A stretch of DNA of 64,000 nt, taken from Acinetobacter phage vB_AbaSt_W16. The stretch lies in sequence record PP174317.1. One strand, written 5' to 3'. A program made the translations under genes and the position numbers. Shown here in pieces: positions 62,986 through 64,000 of this stretch. The notes under the pieces are model-generated. The model was not told the origin of the DNA. It did not search any database and saw nothing but the letters and a program-made list of their open reading frames with translations. Position 1 is the first letter of the stretch. The number at the start of each line of letters is the position of its first letter.

Positions 62986-63080
62986 TGGCGGAAGGTGAGG
63001 GGGTCGAACCCTCAAGGCGTGTCACCACGCTCGACTGATTTCAAGTCAGCTGCCGTCGCCAGCTTTCGGCTTGACCTTCC
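62986..63080 (-). tRNA. tRNA-Ser (anticodon UGA), long variable arm
   Basis: Acceptor GGAAGGT/ACCTTCC perfect; anticodon loop CTTGAAA; variable arm GCGTG-GTGA-CACGC; T-arm GAGGG-TTCGACC-CCCTC; discriminator G; encoded CCA. Confidence 0.8.
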
Positions 63081-63147
63081 AATAAAATATTGACGACCTA
63101 AGAACCTTTACACCAATAATGGAGACTTAGGACCCTTTACATCAATT

Positions 63148-63226
63148 TGGCTCCCACCGTGAGATTCGAACTCACCTAACCTCGGATTAACAGTCCGGTC
63201 CATGCACCTAGCTCGGATTCGTGGGA
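63148..63226 (-). tRNA. tRNA, probably Asn (anticodon GUU), imperfect fold
   Basis: 76 nt plus CCA; T-arm GTGAG-TTCGAAT-CTCAC; acceptor TCCCACG/GGTGGGA pairs 6 of 7; anticodon arm CCGGA-CTGTTAA-TCCGA has one C-A mismatch; the D-stem is weak. Identity is tentative. Confidence 0.45.
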
Positions 63227-63233
63227 ATAATTC

Positions 63234-63309
63234 TGGTGCCGACACGAGGATTTGAACCCCGGACCCTCTGATTACAAAACAGACGCTCTACCAACTGAGC
63301 TATGACGGC
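63234..63309 (-). tRNA. tRNA-Thr (anticodon UGU)
   Basis: Exactly 76 nt with standard numbering: D-arm GCTC-AGTTGGTA-GAGC, anticodon loop TTTGTAA, T-arm CGGGG-TTCAAAT-CCTCG, encoded CCA; U5-U68 and U31-U39 mismatches. Confidence 0.75.
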
Positions 63310-63504
63310 AAATCATTAATCAAATGAACCCAGGATACAATTCGAATTTTGCGAGGATAAGTCGCTCATCTACCGGTATCGCCAAGATCATTTGATTAAT
63401 GATCTTATACATTTATTTATACAACCCAAAAGGGCACCAGTATGACCACTTGCCGAGAACACAGTGAGTTAAAACTCTTTATGACAAGATTAATAAAATT
63501 TGAT

Positions 63505-63570
63505 CGTTAAAACTTTGAACTTTACGAAATAAAAACTTTAATCTTTGAGATTTAAACTTTAAGCTTTCGC
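63505..63570. repeat. Iteron-like array of about six A(A/T/G)CTTT(A/G) repeats
   Basis: aaAACTTTGaACTTTAcgaaataaaAACTTTAatCTTTGagatttaAACTTTAagCTTTCg, inside a 400-bp ORF-free region upstream of the tRNA cluster. A TATAAATA late-promoter consensus lies on the minus strand at 63411-63418. Confidence 0.45.
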
Positions 63571-63711
63571 AATTTTGGGATAATGTACAGTCTTCGCGCA
63601 TGGGAATCTGTATCACCATCAAAGTTCTATAACCTTAGAAGTTAGCCGATTTTAGGATGCATCGGCTAGAACCCTCTACAGTTTTTGATCATACTGATTT
63701 TATTTAAAACA

Positions 63712-63954
63712 TTAATCTAAAACAATTAATGGATTATTTTCTGTTAAAATTGCGTCGAATTCAAGCTCGAAGAAATCTATTGTCTTTTTAATTTCATCGA
63801 GTTCTTCTTGTATGTCCAGAATTGTAGGTTTTTCTCGTTTTTCCAACAATGTCTTGAACTCGGCGTCATCTGATGGAGTTTTGAGCATCTTGGCATCAAA
63901 CTCACGTTCAACTTGAACAAACAGTGAACGATTTGCAGCTAAATCTTTTTGCAT
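63712..63954 (-). CDS. Hypothetical acidic protein (80 aa)
   Basis: ORF; a further minus-strand ORF appears to end at about 63969 and continue beyond the window. Confidence 0.5.
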   Translation of the reverse strand: MQKDLAANRSLFVQVEREFDAKMLKTPSDDAEFKTLLEKREKPTILDIQEELDEIKKTIDFFELEFDAILTENNPLIVLD

Positions 63955-64000
63955 TTTAGCATATAAGGCTTTAAGCTGAGGTAAAACATGAGTACGATAC

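Noticed and set aside
1-64000. CRISPR arrays, integrase/transposase, IS elements, group I introns or inteins
   Set aside because: No regularly spaced direct repeats. No tyrosine/serine recombinase or DDE motifs. gp41 and both gp43 pieces are collinear with the T4 proteins, with no extra inserted domains.

Overview
This window is a 64 kb stretch of the replication and recombination module of a T4-like (Tevenvirinae-type) phage. All but one gene sit tail-to-head on the minus strand, and the order is T4-like. The recognisable genes, in order, are: 39 (topoisomerase large subunit, partial at the window start), endolysin e, dexA, dda, 56 (dCTPase), 61 (primase), a Seg-like GIY-YIG endonuclease, 41 (helicase), a DNA polymerase gp43 split into two pieces (43B then 43A), regA, 62, 44, 45, rpbA, 46, 47, 55, a glutaredoxin, 49 (endonuclease VII) and nrdC. 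After these come a long accessory block, a second GIY-YIG endonuclease, a minus-strand tRNA cluster (Trp, Pro, Ser, a probable Asn, Thr) and a 400 bp ORF-free region. About 60% of the ORFs have no recognisable homolog. The most interesting features, each tagged seen-in-sequence or inference under findings, are: (1) gp43 split into 43A and 43B by a 1.9 kb insert of six small ORFs; (2) a GC-rich, hairpin-bearing ~100-nt element present twice in opposite orientation (approx. 6996-7125 and 49784-49875), once as the 5' leader of an Arg-rich 386-aa gene; (3) a four-member paralogous family with a C-terminal YPxGG...WLNxxRW motif, plus several other paralog pairs; (4) a candidate nucleotide-signalling or counter-defence set: macro domain, DprA/SLOG-like, P-loop kinase-like, two nucleotidyltransferase-fold proteins and an AAA+ ATPase; (5) a tightly coupled operon of five exported proteins including an SLT lytic-transglycosylase domain, downstream of a DksA/TraR zinc-finger gene; (6) a release-factor-like mini-protein whose GGQ motif reads GKH, next to the tRNA cluster; (7) a duplicated upstream motif with a perfect 16-bp inverted repeat, AACTTT iteron-like repeats, and a conserved ATGTAAA/TGTACATA hairpin-loop family in terminators. 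uvsX, gene 42, beta-gt, nrdD/G and soc are absent from their T4 positions in this window.
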